The notes under the pieces: generated by a model
Databases searched by the model: none
What the model saw: the letters and a program-made list of their open reading frames with translations, nothing else
Told to the model about the DNA's origin: nothing
DNA from: Clostridiales bacterium
GTDB lineage: Bacteria > Bacillota > Clostridia > Oscillospirales > CAG-382
Length of the DNA stretch: 64,000 bases
Assembly (NCBI GenBank): GCA_003343885.1
Contig: QAKH01000079.1
Location: 60,607-124,606, forward strand
Direction: 5' to 3'
Made by a program: the position numbers and the translations under genes
Part shown: one piece after another, positions 18,046 to 27,896 of the stretch
Position numbering within the stretch: the stretch's first letter is position 1
Layout: every line of letters begins with the position of its first letter

Positions 18046-20612
18046 TGAAAGAATACATTGCCAAGACGGGCGGACGTTACACCTACAACGACGACTTGCT
18101 GAACCTGCAGGAACTCGCCCGGAGCATGACCTCGATCTTCGAAGGGTGCTCAAACTTCATCATCTCGGGTTGCGAGGTCGCCGACGGGCGTATCACGCCC
18201 GGCTACGTGTGGATCGGCGGTCGTGTGCGCCCCTTCGAAGGTGCCGCGGAGGTGTCGTTGCCGTACTACATCTACGAGAAGAACCACTACGAGACGATCG
18301 CCTATGCCGGGGACGTGAACAAGCACGGCCGCTGCTGCTATCTATGCTCGGGGGCGACATCGGTTCCACAGACCGAGGACGAGGTGACGGGCGCCCTGCC
18401 GGGCTATATCGAGCTGCACGAGGATTATGCACCGCGTTTCATAGACAAGTTCATCGGCCGTTATGCCGTATTGCTGGAAAGCCCTTTCGCACGACAGACA
18501 GTTCATAAAGACCTCACGTTGGCAGGCTCCGTGAGTGTGGAGAAGCAGTTCGAATGCAAGACGGGCTTCTCTGTCGTCTCTCCCGACGGAAGCTACAGCC
18601 TGCAGGGGCTGGTGCGGGATCCGGGAGCTGCGGAAGTGTCACTCTGCCATCAGGAGCAGCCCGTCAGTCGCGTGGAGATCGCCACCGACGGGTCCTTCAC
18701 ACTCTATGGGCAGGATGAGACACCTCTCGTGCGCGTGAGCGGCGAGGGCGTGCACATCCCGCACCTTACGGCCGTCAGCGGCCGCCTTGGAGCGCTCCAT
18801 ATCGAAGGCGGCGACCTGTTCAACACAGCCGACAATACGGACGAGGGTACGGTGAGCGTGAACCGTCGCGGATATCGCGGCGCCGAAGACCGCTACCGCA
18901 ATTTCGCGGTATACGATGGCCGCAACTCCGTGCCCCTGCTGCTGGCGGAAGGACGGACAGGAACAGTCGCGGTCGCGGGAGGCTTTGAGGTGCGTAGCGC
19001 CGCCGGGGGCATAACCCTGCGCAACACGCTCTACGACAAGAAGGAGGCAGCGCTGCAGAACCTCCTTCAGTGGCAGGACAAGGAGGGTGTGCGCATTGCA
19101 TGGCTGGGTTACGGAAACGGGGAATCGGTACACTTGAGCCTGCACAACGATTTGGGCGGTCTCACGCTCAGCGCTCGCAGTTGGGTAGACGTCGCCTCGG
19201 AACTGCGCATCGCAGGAAGGCCCATTGCGGAGCTATACGTCTCGCAGGCTTCCTTCACGCAGGCACTGGCCGCAAAGGTGAATGCGGTCGAGGGCAAGGG
19301 GCTCAGCACGGAAGACTTCACCACGGAGTACCGCCGCAAGTTGGACGCCATTGTCGCAGGCAGCCTCATGGAGGGCAGCGCGGGCTTCGCAACCACGGAG
19401 GACGTATCCCGTGCGTTGGGCGGCAAACTCAATTGTGCGGACAACCTTGCGGATCTCGCGGACAAGGCCGCGGCCCGCAACGTGCTGGAGGTCTATTCCT
19501 CTTCGGAATGCGACGGCCGTTTCCTGCAGACAAAAAACTTCCTCGCGGAGTTCGCATCCCTTACGGCTGCAGAAGTCGAAGGCAAGAGCCCCGAGGAGAT
19601 CATTGCCCTGAAGCAGGAGCGTCAGCAGCGGGCTCGCGAGAACCTCGACGCCGAACGCCGGGGCACAGGGGATATGAAACTTTCCAAAGCCTCGAATCTC
19701 GCGGATGTGGAGGATAAGGATAAGGCACGTCACAACATCAACGTTTATTCGATCGAGGAGGTGGATGCGCTGCTGGCTGGGAAGCTGGACAACGACGCCG
19801 CCTATCAGGGTGCAGTCTTCACCACAGAACATAAGGCCAAACTCGAGGCGATACGCACGGGAACCTTCGCCGGCAGGGACGAAAGCGGCGGCCAGCAGAA
19901 CCAGAGCGAGGGCTACGTGACGACCTCGTCCGTGGTGCGCGAACTCTCGAAGTACGCCCCGCGGCTCATGGCGGGCTACAACACGCAGGACAAGGCTACG
20001 GTGGCTGCCAATCTGGAACTCTATACCCGCAACGAGTCGGACGGCCGTTTCGCGGCACTCGGGCAGTCGCTGCAGGATTACGTCTCGTACCTCGTCCGTC
20101 AGGGCAAGGCGACGGTCGAGGCCCGTAAGGCGCTGCGCGGGGTACTTGCCGCTGCCGGCGTGGATGATCTTATCGCCTATGTACGCCGTGACCAGAACCT
20201 CGCGGATCTTACGTTCAAGGACGACAATGCCCGGCGCTTGGCGTGCCAGAATATCGGTGCTGCCTATGCTCCGGAGTACGAGAAGAAGATTACGGACACG
20301 GGGTGGCTCGAATGCGGCGGCGAGAATGCCGGAACGCTTTGGGCCCGGCAGATCGGCAACATCGTCTGCGTGCAGGGCATCATCAACACGGCCCTGCGTT
20401 CGTCGAACAACTGGGGCTCCATCGCCACGATCCCCAACGTCATCTCCCCGCCTCGCTTCGGCTGCCGGCAGACGATGGCCAATTTCAACGACGACCACGT
20501 CTACAACCGTGGCTGCTCGTTCGTCATCAAGGCCGGTTCGCGTACGATCCTCATGCACGAGAGCGGGGCTTACAACGTAACTACAGAGCTCAGTTTCTCT
20601 TATATGACCTAA
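18045..20612 (+). CDS. Second tail fibre protein (855 aa)
   Basis: A GTG at 18045 overlaps the upstream TAG (TAGTG). The upstream 160 codons of the listed ORF are Arg/Gly-rich and lie inside other genes. The motif NLAD(L/V).DK..AR.N(L/I).VYS recurs at least four times, as in fibre shaft repeats. Confidence 0.65.
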   Translation: MKEYIAKTGGRYTYNDDLLNLQELARSMTSIFEGCSNFIISGCEVADGRITPGYVWIGGRVRPFEGAAEVSLPYYIYEKNHYETIAYAGDVNKHGRCCYLCSGATSVPQTEDEVTGALPGYIELHEDYAPRFIDKFIGRYAVLLESPFARQTVHKDLTLAGSVSVEKQFECKTGFSVVSPDGSYSLQGLVRDPGAAEVSLCHQEQPVSRVEIATDGSFTLYGQDETPLVRVSGEGVHIPHLTAVSGRLGALHIEGGDLFNTADNTDEGTVSVNRRGYRGAEDRYRNFAVYDGRNSVPLLLAEGRTGTVAVAGGFEVRSAAGGITLRNTLYDKKEAALQNLLQWQDKEGVRIAWLGYGNGESVHLSLHNDLGGLTLSARSWVDVASELRIAGRPIAELYVSQASFTQALAAKVNAVEGKGLSTEDFTTEYRRKLDAIVAGSLMEGSAGFATTEDVSRALGGKLNCADNLADLADKAAARNVLEVYSSSECDGRFLQTKNFLAEFASLTAAEVEGKSPEEIIALKQERQQRARENLDAERRGTGDMKLSKASNLADVEDKDKARHNINVYSIEEVDALLAGKLDNDAAYQGAVFTTEHKAKLEAIRTGTFAGRDESGGQQNQSEGYVTTSSVVRELSKYAPRLMAGYNTQDKATVAANLELYTRNESDGRFAALGQSLQDYVSYLVRQGKATVEARKALRGVLAAAGVDDLIAYVRRDQNLADLTFKDDNARRLACQNIGAAYAPEYEKKITDTGWLECGGENAGTLWARQIGNIVCVQGIINTALRSSNNWGSIATIPNVISPPRFGCRQTMANFNDDHVYNRGCSFVIKAGSRTILMHESGAYNVTTELSFSYMT

Positions 20613-20730
20613 AATCTTATTACAATGAAAAAGAGAGTGAACATCACGCGCGACGTGGAGAGCCGCCGCAACATCGCACGGGGCGCAGGTTTCGCAGTGC
20701 CTGCCGCTTCACCCGACAAAACCGAATGTC

Positions 20731-21249
20731 ATGACACGAAGAACGAAGAGTCGCTGCCGGAAGGTATCCCTACGTCCTCCGCAGCCCGGAACAAAAAATC
20801 GCGGGGGACGCCCGCGGGGAAGCTTTAAGCGCTTCCCTTTCAACCAGACGCCCATAGGGTTCATGCTCTACAACGAGGCGCCTGCGGTCTACAACATTCT
20901 GATGCTGCTCTGCCCGCATTCACAGCGAAGATTCCCGCATCCGCAGACCGTGGCTCTCGTCTGTACAGCCTCGGACGACCCTGCGCTGCGCAAGCCCAAA
21001 TTCCGCCGTTACATGAAACGCTACGAGCGAGAGGGTTGCTACTGCCGCCGCGGCAAGCTCCTCACGCCCGAGCGCGAGCGTTACTATGCCCGCCTGCGGC
21101 GTACATTGCTGGATCGCTACATCGTGGATCATTGGGCGCAAATCGTACGCATGCAGAGCATGGAAGAAATAACACACGCAAGCACCACTGTCGAAATCCC
21201 GCATTGGGAAAGCGACGTTATCCGCGCCTACGTCAAGAATTTGAAATAA
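20731..21249 (+). CDS. Hypothetical basic protein (172 aa; start uncertain)
   Basis: ORF at the end of the structural module, with an AT-hook-like GGRPRGS. It overlaps the alternative 67-aa ORF at 20625..20828, so the true start may be a downstream Met (MLYNEAP). Confidence 0.4.
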   Translation: MTRRTKSRCRKVSLRPPQPGTKNRGGRPRGSFKRFPFNQTPIGFMLYNEAPAVYNILMLLCPHSQRRFPHPQTVALVCTASDDPALRKPKFRRYMKRYEREGCYCRRGKLLTPERERYYARLRRTLLDRYIVDHWAQIVRMQSMEEITHASTTVEIPHWESDVIRAYVKNLK

Positions 21250-21274
21250 TTCATAAAAAACTAAATATCCGATA

Positions 21275-21306
21275 TTTGCATTTTCAAAACAAGACCTATA
21301 ATTTTG
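21275..21306 (+). promoter_or_regulatory. Bacteroidetes sigma-A-type promoter (TTTG, 20 nt, TAATTTTG) heading the replication module
   Basis: TTTG at 21275..21278 and TAATTTTG at 21299..21306 fit the -33/-7 consensus and spacing. Confidence 0.55.
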
Positions 21307-21379
21307 CAGTGCGCTTCCTTGAAAGAAAACGCGTTCAATTTGATGGTTCCCCGCCTCTTCGGGGAGCGTGATAGTTAAG

Positions 21380-21412
21380 CCGGAGCTGCGAGCATCGAGC
21401 ACCGGTTTTTTT
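21380..21412 (+). terminator. Intrinsic-terminator-like hairpin plus T7 run inside the leader (candidate attenuator)
   Basis: ccgg-a-gct...agc-a-ccgg forms a 4+3 bp stem followed by ttttttt. It lies about 75 nt downstream of the predicted promoter and about 95 nt before the ATG at 21508. Confidence 0.45.
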
Positions 21413-21507
21413 CACGGCATATCGAGTAAACCAGACGGTTCCCGGCAGTACCGAAGCCGGATCAGAGCCCCGATCCTCGGCAGTATTAACTATCACACAT
21501 CGCAACC

Positions 21508-22752
21508 ATGATGCAAGACAATTACGACGTACGGGGTACCGAGGGTGCCTCTGTGGAGGAACTCTTCCTCTCTCAGGAGGAGTCGTTTTCCGAGGCGCAG
21601 GCCCGCGCCATTGAAGAGAACAAATCGTTCGCCAAAACCGAGTTCTTCCGTTTCGACAGGCTGGGAACCTATCGCCTGCGCGTACTGCCCATCGCCCCGA
21701 GCCGGACGGATACTGTAGAGCGCCGCGGGTACGAGTATCCCGTCCGGCAGTTGCTGATGGAACTCCAGCGCCCCGCAGGCGGGGAGAAGACGCAGAGCAT
21801 GTATGTCACCGTACCCCGTGCCACGGAGGCCGGCTATACGCTCGATCTCATCGACACCTACCGTCGTCTGGCCTCCGAGGCCGCCCGCACAGCAGGTGAT
21901 GAGAAGCTCGCCGAAAAGATAGCGGGCGGCAGCTATGGAGGGGGTCTCAAATTCGGATACGGACATGCCATGTACGTCATCGATCTGAAGGAACGCGCCA
22001 AAGGACTGCAATTGCTCACGCTCTCGCACGCACAGTTCAAGGAACTCGACGAACGACGCTTCAAACTCTGGGAAAAGAAACTCCAGAAGAATCCCCAGCA
22101 TCCGTGTCCCATCTCATCCGTGTATAGCGCCTATCCCGTGGAAGTCGAGAAGCGTCGCAATGGAGGCAAGACCGAATATTGCTTCTCCATAGACAACGAG
22201 TCCGACAATGAGGGCCTTTCGAAGGAAGAGCTCACGATACTCCTGAACAGTCCCCGCATTCCGGAGATCATCTATCGCTATACGCGCTACCATTTCGAGG
22301 CGACGCTCGTCTTCCTCACCCAGTGCGACACCCGCTACGGTCTACGCGTGATGCAGAGCTCAGAGATGACAGAGGCCGTGGAAACCTTCCGCGCCGAGAT
22401 ACCTAAAGAGGATACTTCATCGTTCAGCTTCGATCGCCGTACGAAAGAGGCACGCGAGAATGCAGCTGCCGGAGCCCTTACGCTCGAGGGCCTGTGCAAC
22501 CGCTTCGAGGAGCTCCGGGCCAAGGGTTTGGGCGACAAAACCGAAGAGGGGCAAGAACTGAGGGCCATGCTCCGCAGTTTCATCGAGCAGGAGAAACTTC
22601 CGGTGCGCGTCACACGCTCGGCGACTAACGATGAGCTGCTCGACATGATCGAGGATGCCGTCGCAGACACGGCCGCGGCACAAGATGACCCTGAAGCCGC
22701 ACCGGCAGCCGCCGGGATGCAGGAGGAGGTTTCTGCACCTCGCAGGCGATAA
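21508..22752 (+). CDS. T4 gp32-like single-stranded DNA-binding protein
   Basis: GTYRLRVLPIAP resembles the gp32 (A)VIRFLPS strand. The collinear blocks AMYVIDLKE...FKLWEKK and CPISS...YPVEVEKRRNGGKTEY follow. The acidic Ala/Asp/Glu C-terminal tail is typical of SSBs. It is the first gene of the replication module. Confidence 0.55.
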   Translation: MMQDNYDVRGTEGASVEELFLSQEESFSEAQARAIEENKSFAKTEFFRFDRLGTYRLRVLPIAPSRTDTVERRGYEYPVRQLLMELQRPAGGEKTQSMYVTVPRATEAGYTLDLIDTYRRLASEAARTAGDEKLAEKIAGGSYGGGLKFGYGHAMYVIDLKERAKGLQLLTLSHAQFKELDERRFKLWEKKLQKNPQHPCPISSVYSAYPVEVEKRRNGGKTEYCFSIDNESDNEGLSKEELTILLNSPRIPEIIYRYTRYHFEATLVFLTQCDTRYGLRVMQSSEMTEAVETFRAEIPKEDTSSFSFDRRTKEARENAAAGALTLEGLCNRFEELRAKGLGDKTEEGQELRAMLRSFIEQEKLPVRVTRSATNDELLDMIEDAVADTAAAQDDPEAAPAAAGMQEEVSAPRRR

Positions 22753-22783
22753 ACATTCCTGACGTCGATTCTTTTCATCTTAC

Positions 22784-22810
22784 GGGGGCGCACCGTGCGC
22801 ACCCCTTTTT
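22784..22810 (+). terminator. Rho-independent terminator-like hairpin after the SSB gene
   Basis: gggggcgcaccgtgcgcacccc followed by ttttt. Confidence 0.55.
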
Positions 22811-22824
22811 CAACGATTTGACTC

Positions 22825-23889
22825 ATGACAAGAGATAAACGACCGTGCATGCTTCTGATGAACGACATGCACGTCTCCAAAAACGATATTGCCGAATTCG
22901 ACCGTAACTGGGACGAAGCGCTGGCACTCTGTCGCGAGCGCAGCATCCGCGATATAGCCCTTGGCGGCGACCTTTTCCAAAGCCGCAGCGCGCAGACGCT
23001 CGACGTCCTGCTCGCGGTACACGACGCCCTGCTGCGTGCAGCCGGGGCCGGCATCCGTCTTACGATTGCCGAAGGCAATCACGACAAGGTGAATCAGGAA
23101 GACCTGCGCGGCTACTGCCACGTCTTCGACTGCCACCCTTCGGTCACGGTCGTAGACGACATCCTGACGCTCGATGACCCTGCGTGGGCGTTCTCACTAC
23201 ACATGATGGGCTATTTCCCCGAAGGCGGAAGCTTTACGTCGCGTCTGGCGGCCCTTGCGACGAGCGGTCTTGTGGAGGGCAAACTCAACTACCTCTATAT
23301 CCACGAGGGCGTGAACGGAGCCCTCGCCACGGCAGCGCCGTGCGAGCTGCCGCCCCGCATTTTCGAACCCTTCGACCGTGTCTTCGCGGGGCATTACCAC
23401 AATCGCGCCGTCGTGCCCGGCACCCGTATCGAATACGTCGGATCGAGCCGCCAGTTCAACTTCGGCGAGGATGAAGCCAAAGGCTATACCATCCTCTGCA
23501 CGGACGGTTCGTCGGAGTTCGTGCAGAACGAGGCCAACATCCGCTATAAGGTCCTCGATACGTCGGCCGATAAGGTCGGCATACACCTTTTCGACCGCAT
23601 CGACGAGCTGCGCGCCGACGTCCGCTGCCGCCTCAAGGTTCGTGTGCGGGCTTCGCAGACCGACACCGTGGACCGCCAGCGGCTGCTCGATGCCGGAGCC
23701 AACAAGGTCGAAGTCCTCAGCGACACCGCCCCGATACCGGCCGCGCCCGAGGAAGATGTGCTCGACAAATTCGACGGCGCACGCCTGCGCCGCGCTTACG
23801 AGGACTTCTGCGCAGGGAGAGGCATCGACGACGTGGAGCTCGGAATCGCTTACCTTAACAAAATAGACCGTACATCATGTGGTATCTGA
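22825..23889 (+). CDS. sbcD: SbcD/Mre11-type metallophosphoesterase nuclease (T4 gp47-like)
   Basis: The calcineurin-like motifs appear in order: LLMNDMHV, GGDLF, EGNHD, YIHEG and GHYHN. It is translationally overlapped with the SbcC-like gene. Confidence 0.8.
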   Translation: MTRDKRPCMLLMNDMHVSKNDIAEFDRNWDEALALCRERSIRDIALGGDLFQSRSAQTLDVLLAVHDALLRAAGAGIRLTIAEGNHDKVNQEDLRGYCHVFDCHPSVTVVDDILTLDDPAWAFSLHMMGYFPEGGSFTSRLAALATSGLVEGKLNYLYIHEGVNGALATAAPCELPPRIFEPFDRVFAGHYHNRAVVPGTRIEYVGSSRQFNFGEDEAKGYTILCTDGSSEFVQNEANIRYKVLDTSADKVGIHLFDRIDELRADVRCRLKVRVRASQTDTVDRQRLLDAGANKVEVLSDTAPIPAAPEEDVLDKFDGARLRRAYEDFCAGRGIDDVELGIAYLNKIDRTSCGI

Positions 23890-26195
23890 AACATATCTCC
23901 GCAACCGATATATGCTCCTTCCGCACGCTGGACTATGCGCCGGCCGAAGGTACGACGACGCTCATATTCGGGCACAATGCCGACAACGAGTCGCAGCGCA
24001 GCAACGGAGCAGGCAAGTCGACGCTCATCGAAGCCATCACGCTCGGACTGACGGGTAGCCCCTTGCGCAAGGTCCGCGCCGAGGAGGTCGTAAACGATGC
24101 GGCCGAAGAGTGCCGTGTGACCCTTACGCTCGGCAACCGGGCCACGGGCGAGGAGATGCGCATCGAGCGTACCGTACCCCGCCGTGGTACGGCTTCGGTG
24201 CGATGCCTGCTCACGCAGGACGGGAAAACCGGAGAGGTAGCGCAGCCCAGCGTCGACGCCGCCAATCGCTACATCCTCGAACGGCTCGGCATCACACGCG
24301 AGGAGCTCTTCTTCGCATTCATTCTCTCGCGTCACCGTTATGCGGACTTCCTCTCGGCATCGGACCGGGAGAAAAAGGAGATCATCAACCGCTTCAGCGG
24401 CGGCGACAGCGTGGACCGTGCCATCGCCTCGGTCGGAGAAGACCTTGTGCCGCTGCAGGAGGAACTGCGGGCTGCGGAGCTGGAGATAGCCTCCATCGAC
24501 GGGCGTATCGCAATGCTATCCGAGCAGATCGCTCACGAAGAGGAGTCCCGCAGCGAAAAGGAACTTTCTCGGAAACAGAAGATCGCCTCGATACATGAAA
24601 CGATAGCCGCCAAGCGGAGTGCTGTGCGCGAGTGCGGCGAGGAGATCGCCCGTCAGGAGCGGTTCTTGTGCCGCATCGCCGAAGCCGAGGGTCGAGTGCA
24701 GAAGGTGGAGGACTCCGCAGAGCCGCTTGCGGCGTGTATGACCCGCGTACGGGAATTGCTCGCACCCCTGACAGATGCTCCGCTGACGGATTGGGGGCAT
24801 GTGGCGGCGGACAAACACAAGGAGATAGAGACCTCCCGGGCGGAGATGGACAAGTGGACGCAGATCATAGCAGGAATAGGCCATAAGCTGGCCACGGCAG
24901 AGGTAGAACTTATCCTGCGGCGCAAAGAGTTCGACTGCTTCAAGGAGGAGGCTGCGGAGAAAGGCGTCGCACTGTGCGACCAAATGCGCAGCCTCGAAGA
25001 ACGCCTTACACGGATGAATGCCGAAGTCGTGGAACTGCAGCGGCGCAAGCGTACCGTGACGGCGGCTGTAGAGACGCTCCACGCGCGTCTGGCAGGCGTG
25101 GTGGAGTGCCCTGCCTGCGCACATCGTTTTCTTGTAGCAGACGGTGCATTCGACGTGGCGGCGGCGCAAGGGCAGCTCGAAGGTCGCGAAGCGGAGCTCA
25201 CACAGGTGAAGCAGGAACTTCAGGACAACGAACTCGAAGCCGAGAAGGTCGCGCAGATGATAACCGCCGTGCAGACCCGCACCCGCGAGCTGGAGGCCCT
25301 GCGCCGCGGCTGGGAGGAGCGTATGGCCAAGGCCACGCGTGCCGTAGACGCAGCGGAATACGAGATGGAGGGCGCGAAGTTCAATATGCAGCGCATCCGC
25401 GACCATGTCGCCGCACGTACCCGCGAGGTAGAAGATATGCGTCGTGCACTCTTCGACGAAGCATGCGACCGCCTCGTCGACCTTCGCAAGGCCGCGGAAC
25501 GGTCGATCGATGAATGCCGCGAGCGTATGGCGGCAGCCGAAAGCTCCATAGAGACCTTGCGGCAGACGGCCGCCGAGCTCGAACATGCCACGGCATCGGA
25601 ACTTGCGGCATCGCTCCGCAAATCGCTGAAAGAGTACCGGCGCCGAAACTCGGAACTGATGGCGCGGCACTCGCAGGCCGTGGAACGGCGTACGGCGCTG
25701 GAAACGCAGCAGCAACGTTTCGTGCTCTTTCGGACCTATCTGGCCAACACGAAGATAGAGGCTCTCGCAGGTATGATAAACCGCGTACTCGAAGACCTCG
25801 GCTCCGACCTGCGCGTGAATCTCGCAGGGTACACGACCCTCAAGAGCGGTGTCGTGCGCGAGAAGATCTCCGTCACGGTGATACGCGACGGAATGGATGC
25901 CGGCAGCATCCTGAAACTTTCCGAGGGGGAGCGGGCACGCGTGAACACCGCCTCGATCCTCGCCATGCAACGGCTGGTGAACGGCAATTGCCCCTACGGC
26001 GGAGGACTCGACCTGCTCTGCATGGATGAAATCCTTGACGCCGTGGACGCGGATGGACTTGCAAGCGTCTTCGCGGCGCTCAACAAGCAGTCCGTGACGG
26101 CGCTGGTCGTATCCCACGGACTCGTGCAGGAGAACTATCCTCACCGCATAACCGTCACGAAGGAGAATGGAGCTTCGCGGATCGAACGGCAGTAG
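23877..26195 (+). CDS. sbcC: SbcC/Rad50-type SMC-like ATPase (T4 gp46-like)
   Basis: Walker A NGAGKST, a long heptad-rich coiled coil with a central CPAC zinc-hook, the signature LSEGERARV and Walker B LLCMDEILD. Confidence 0.85.
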   Translation: MWYLKHISATDICSFRTLDYAPAEGTTTLIFGHNADNESQRSNGAGKSTLIEAITLGLTGSPLRKVRAEEVVNDAAEECRVTLTLGNRATGEEMRIERTVPRRGTASVRCLLTQDGKTGEVAQPSVDAANRYILERLGITREELFFAFILSRHRYADFLSASDREKKEIINRFSGGDSVDRAIASVGEDLVPLQEELRAAELEIASIDGRIAMLSEQIAHEEESRSEKELSRKQKIASIHETIAAKRSAVRECGEEIARQERFLCRIAEAEGRVQKVEDSAEPLAACMTRVRELLAPLTDAPLTDWGHVAADKHKEIETSRAEMDKWTQIIAGIGHKLATAEVELILRRKEFDCFKEEAAEKGVALCDQMRSLEERLTRMNAEVVELQRRKRTVTAAVETLHARLAGVVECPACAHRFLVADGAFDVAAAQGQLEGREAELTQVKQELQDNELEAEKVAQMITAVQTRTRELEALRRGWEERMAKATRAVDAAEYEMEGAKFNMQRIRDHVAARTREVEDMRRALFDEACDRLVDLRKAAERSIDECRERMAAAESSIETLRQTAAELEHATASELAASLRKSLKEYRRRNSELMARHSQAVERRTALETQQQRFVLFRTYLANTKIEALAGMINRVLEDLGSDLRVNLAGYTTLKSGVVREKISVTVIRDGMDAGSILKLSEGERARVNTASILAMQRLVNGNCPYGGGLDLLCMDEILDAVDADGLASVFAALNKQSVTALVVSHGLVQENYPHRITVTKENGASRIERQ

Positions 26196-26686
26196 ACTCA
26201 CACGCAGCCGCCGAACGCACCTCGCGTTCTACCGCACGCTCCGGAAGGCCCCTCTCCGAAACGGCATACGGTGCATCGTGGCGAGGATGTGAACTTCAAC
26301 GCCCACAACCGCGACCTAAAGCAAGTCTCCGAGCTGCGGGGCATCCCGCTCTTCCTGCGCGAAGAGCGGAACCCGTTGCCCGTGGAGTGCGTGAACGCCG
26401 CCACAACTCAAGAAATGGACAGCGGGAGACGGACGGACCGACAAGAGCCGCCTGATCGCCGCATGCCGCAATGACTGCCGCTTTGCCCCTGCCTCGTATG
26501 ACGGGGCCGATGCTTTTTTGCTCTCCCACGACCTCGTACGCAAGTACCGTCTGCCATAACAGGTCCGTGCACTCCTTATCCCGCCTGCGGGGCGGCTGTC
26601 TCGCCACTCCGTCCAGTTCCCATTTGATGCTAACCATAAGCCGACAGATCCCATGAAGATGAGTAATGACACAATAAGTCGGCCAC

Positions 26687-27301
26687 GTGAAAGCACAACA
26701 GTCCCTGATTTCCCACATAGATACCGAACAGTCCGTACGTCAGCGCACGGAACTCTTCGAGCGCCTCATATTCCCCAACCGCAATCTCGTATATAAGATC
26801 TGCATGCGCTTCACATCGCGCTGGCAGGATGTCGAGGAGAACTACAACGAGTGTCTGGCGAATCTCTATCGCTACGTACACACCTACGACCCGGGGAAGA
26901 ACCTTGCCAACTGGATATTCATTTGCTGCAAACGCCTGATATACGATCTGGACCGACGCAGGGCGGCATTCAAGACCTCGGACGACCTCGATCCCGAACA
27001 CATCATCAGCCACCACGCCGAAGATACCGACCGTATGAGCGGCAACTGCATGGGACTCGATAACTACCGGGAGCTCTATAGCGACGACATCCTGCGGGCT
27101 CTCGACCGACTGAATCCCATATACCGGGAGGCGCTGCTCCTGCAGCAGGCCGGATACAAGCTCGAAGAGATCATGGAAATAACACACCGCAACGGCACGC
27201 TCCGTACACCGAATATCGAGACGGTCAAGAGCCGTCTGTTCCTCGCCAAACTGAAGATGCGCCAAATGATCGACCGCGATGGAAACAGCCGCAATGAGTA
27301 A
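26687..27301 (+). CDS. Phage-encoded sigma-70-family (ECF-like, two-domain) sigma factor
   Basis: GTG start, with an in-frame TAA 9 nt upstream. It has a region-2-like block (LYRYVHTYDPGKNLANWIFICCKRLIYDLDRRR) and a region-4 HTH-like block (YREALLLQQAGYKLEEIMEI...TVKSRLFLAKLKMRQ). Confidence 0.7.
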   Translation: MKAQQSLISHIDTEQSVRQRTELFERLIFPNRNLVYKICMRFTSRWQDVEENYNECLANLYRYVHTYDPGKNLANWIFICCKRLIYDLDRRRAAFKTSDDLDPEHIISHHAEDTDRMSGNCMGLDNYRELYSDDILRALDRLNPIYREALLLQQAGYKLEEIMEITHRNGTLRTPNIETVKSRLFLAKLKMRQMIDRDGNSRNE

Positions 27302-27896
27302 GTGGGCCCTGCAACTCGTGCAGCTGCTCGCAAGTCGTTGCATAGACCCCGCATTCCGATTCCCCGCAGGTGCCGCGGCCCAGCATACGGTGGCGGCCTG
27401 CATGGAGGCGCTGGAGCGAGAGTTCGCGGGCGTGAGCCGTCAACGGATCGTAGACTTCTGCGTATGTCAGGTGTATGCCATGACCTTTTACAAGAAAGGG
27501 ACGCTCCGGCAGCGGTGGCGCGTCGCCCACTCCTTCGGGGCCAAGGCGCTGGAACGATTCCGCCGCAACGAACAGAGGCACCGCTATTGGGAGGATCGCT
27601 GGCTCGCGCAGCACGGAATCGTGCGTGCGCAACTCGTGGAGATGCTCCGCGACCGCACGCAGCACCCGCTCGCGAAGTTCATATATCCCGAATACGAGGA
27701 CCGCACCAAGCGCCGGCAGGCGGGCTCGGAGGCGGGGCTTTACATATGCACGCGGTCGACGCTCCTGTGGACGCCCTTCTCGCCCGTATGCCGTGCATGC
27801 GCCATGGCCGTTCAGTGCCGCACGCTGGAGCAGCGACGCTATCCGGAACTGCTGCGAATACGCGAAGAGCAATACGGGAAAGGAGGCGGCAGATGA
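27294..27896 (+). CDS. Hypothetical protein coupled to the sigma factor (C-terminal Cys cluster)
   Basis: The ATG at 27294 overlaps the end of the sigma gene. Its TGA overlaps the helicase ATG. C-x13-C-x2-C-x5-C lies near the C-terminus. Confidence 0.5.
   Translation: MSKWALQLVQLLASRCIDPAFRFPAGAAAQHTVAACMEALEREFAGVSRQRIVDFCVCQVYAMTFYKKGTLRQRWRVAHSFGAKALERFRRNEQRHRYWEDRWLAQHGIVRAQLVEMLRDRTQHPLAKFIYPEYEDRTKRRQAGSEAGLYICTRSTLLWTPFSPVCRACAMAVQCRTLEQRRYPELLRIREEQYGKGGGR

Noticed and set aside
20625-20828. 67-aa ORF overlapping the start of ORF 20731..21249
   Set aside because: The two frames overlap by 98 nt and neither has recognisable motifs. Only one is likely real and I cannot decide from sequence, so the longer one is kept at low confidence.
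24516-26201. 561-aa - strand ORF opposite the SbcC-like gene
   Set aside because: The + strand frame has Walker A/B, the signature motif, the CPAC hook and a coiled coil. The antisense product has no motifs and a skewed composition.
26198-26686. ~490-nt gap between sbcC and the sigma gene with small ORFs (e.g. the GTG-initiated 26271..26474) and a few short hairpins; considered as an origin, iterons or a small gene
   Set aside because: No direct repeats or AT-rich unwinding element were seen. The ORFs have no motifs and overlap antisense ORFs of similar size. Support is insufficient for any call.
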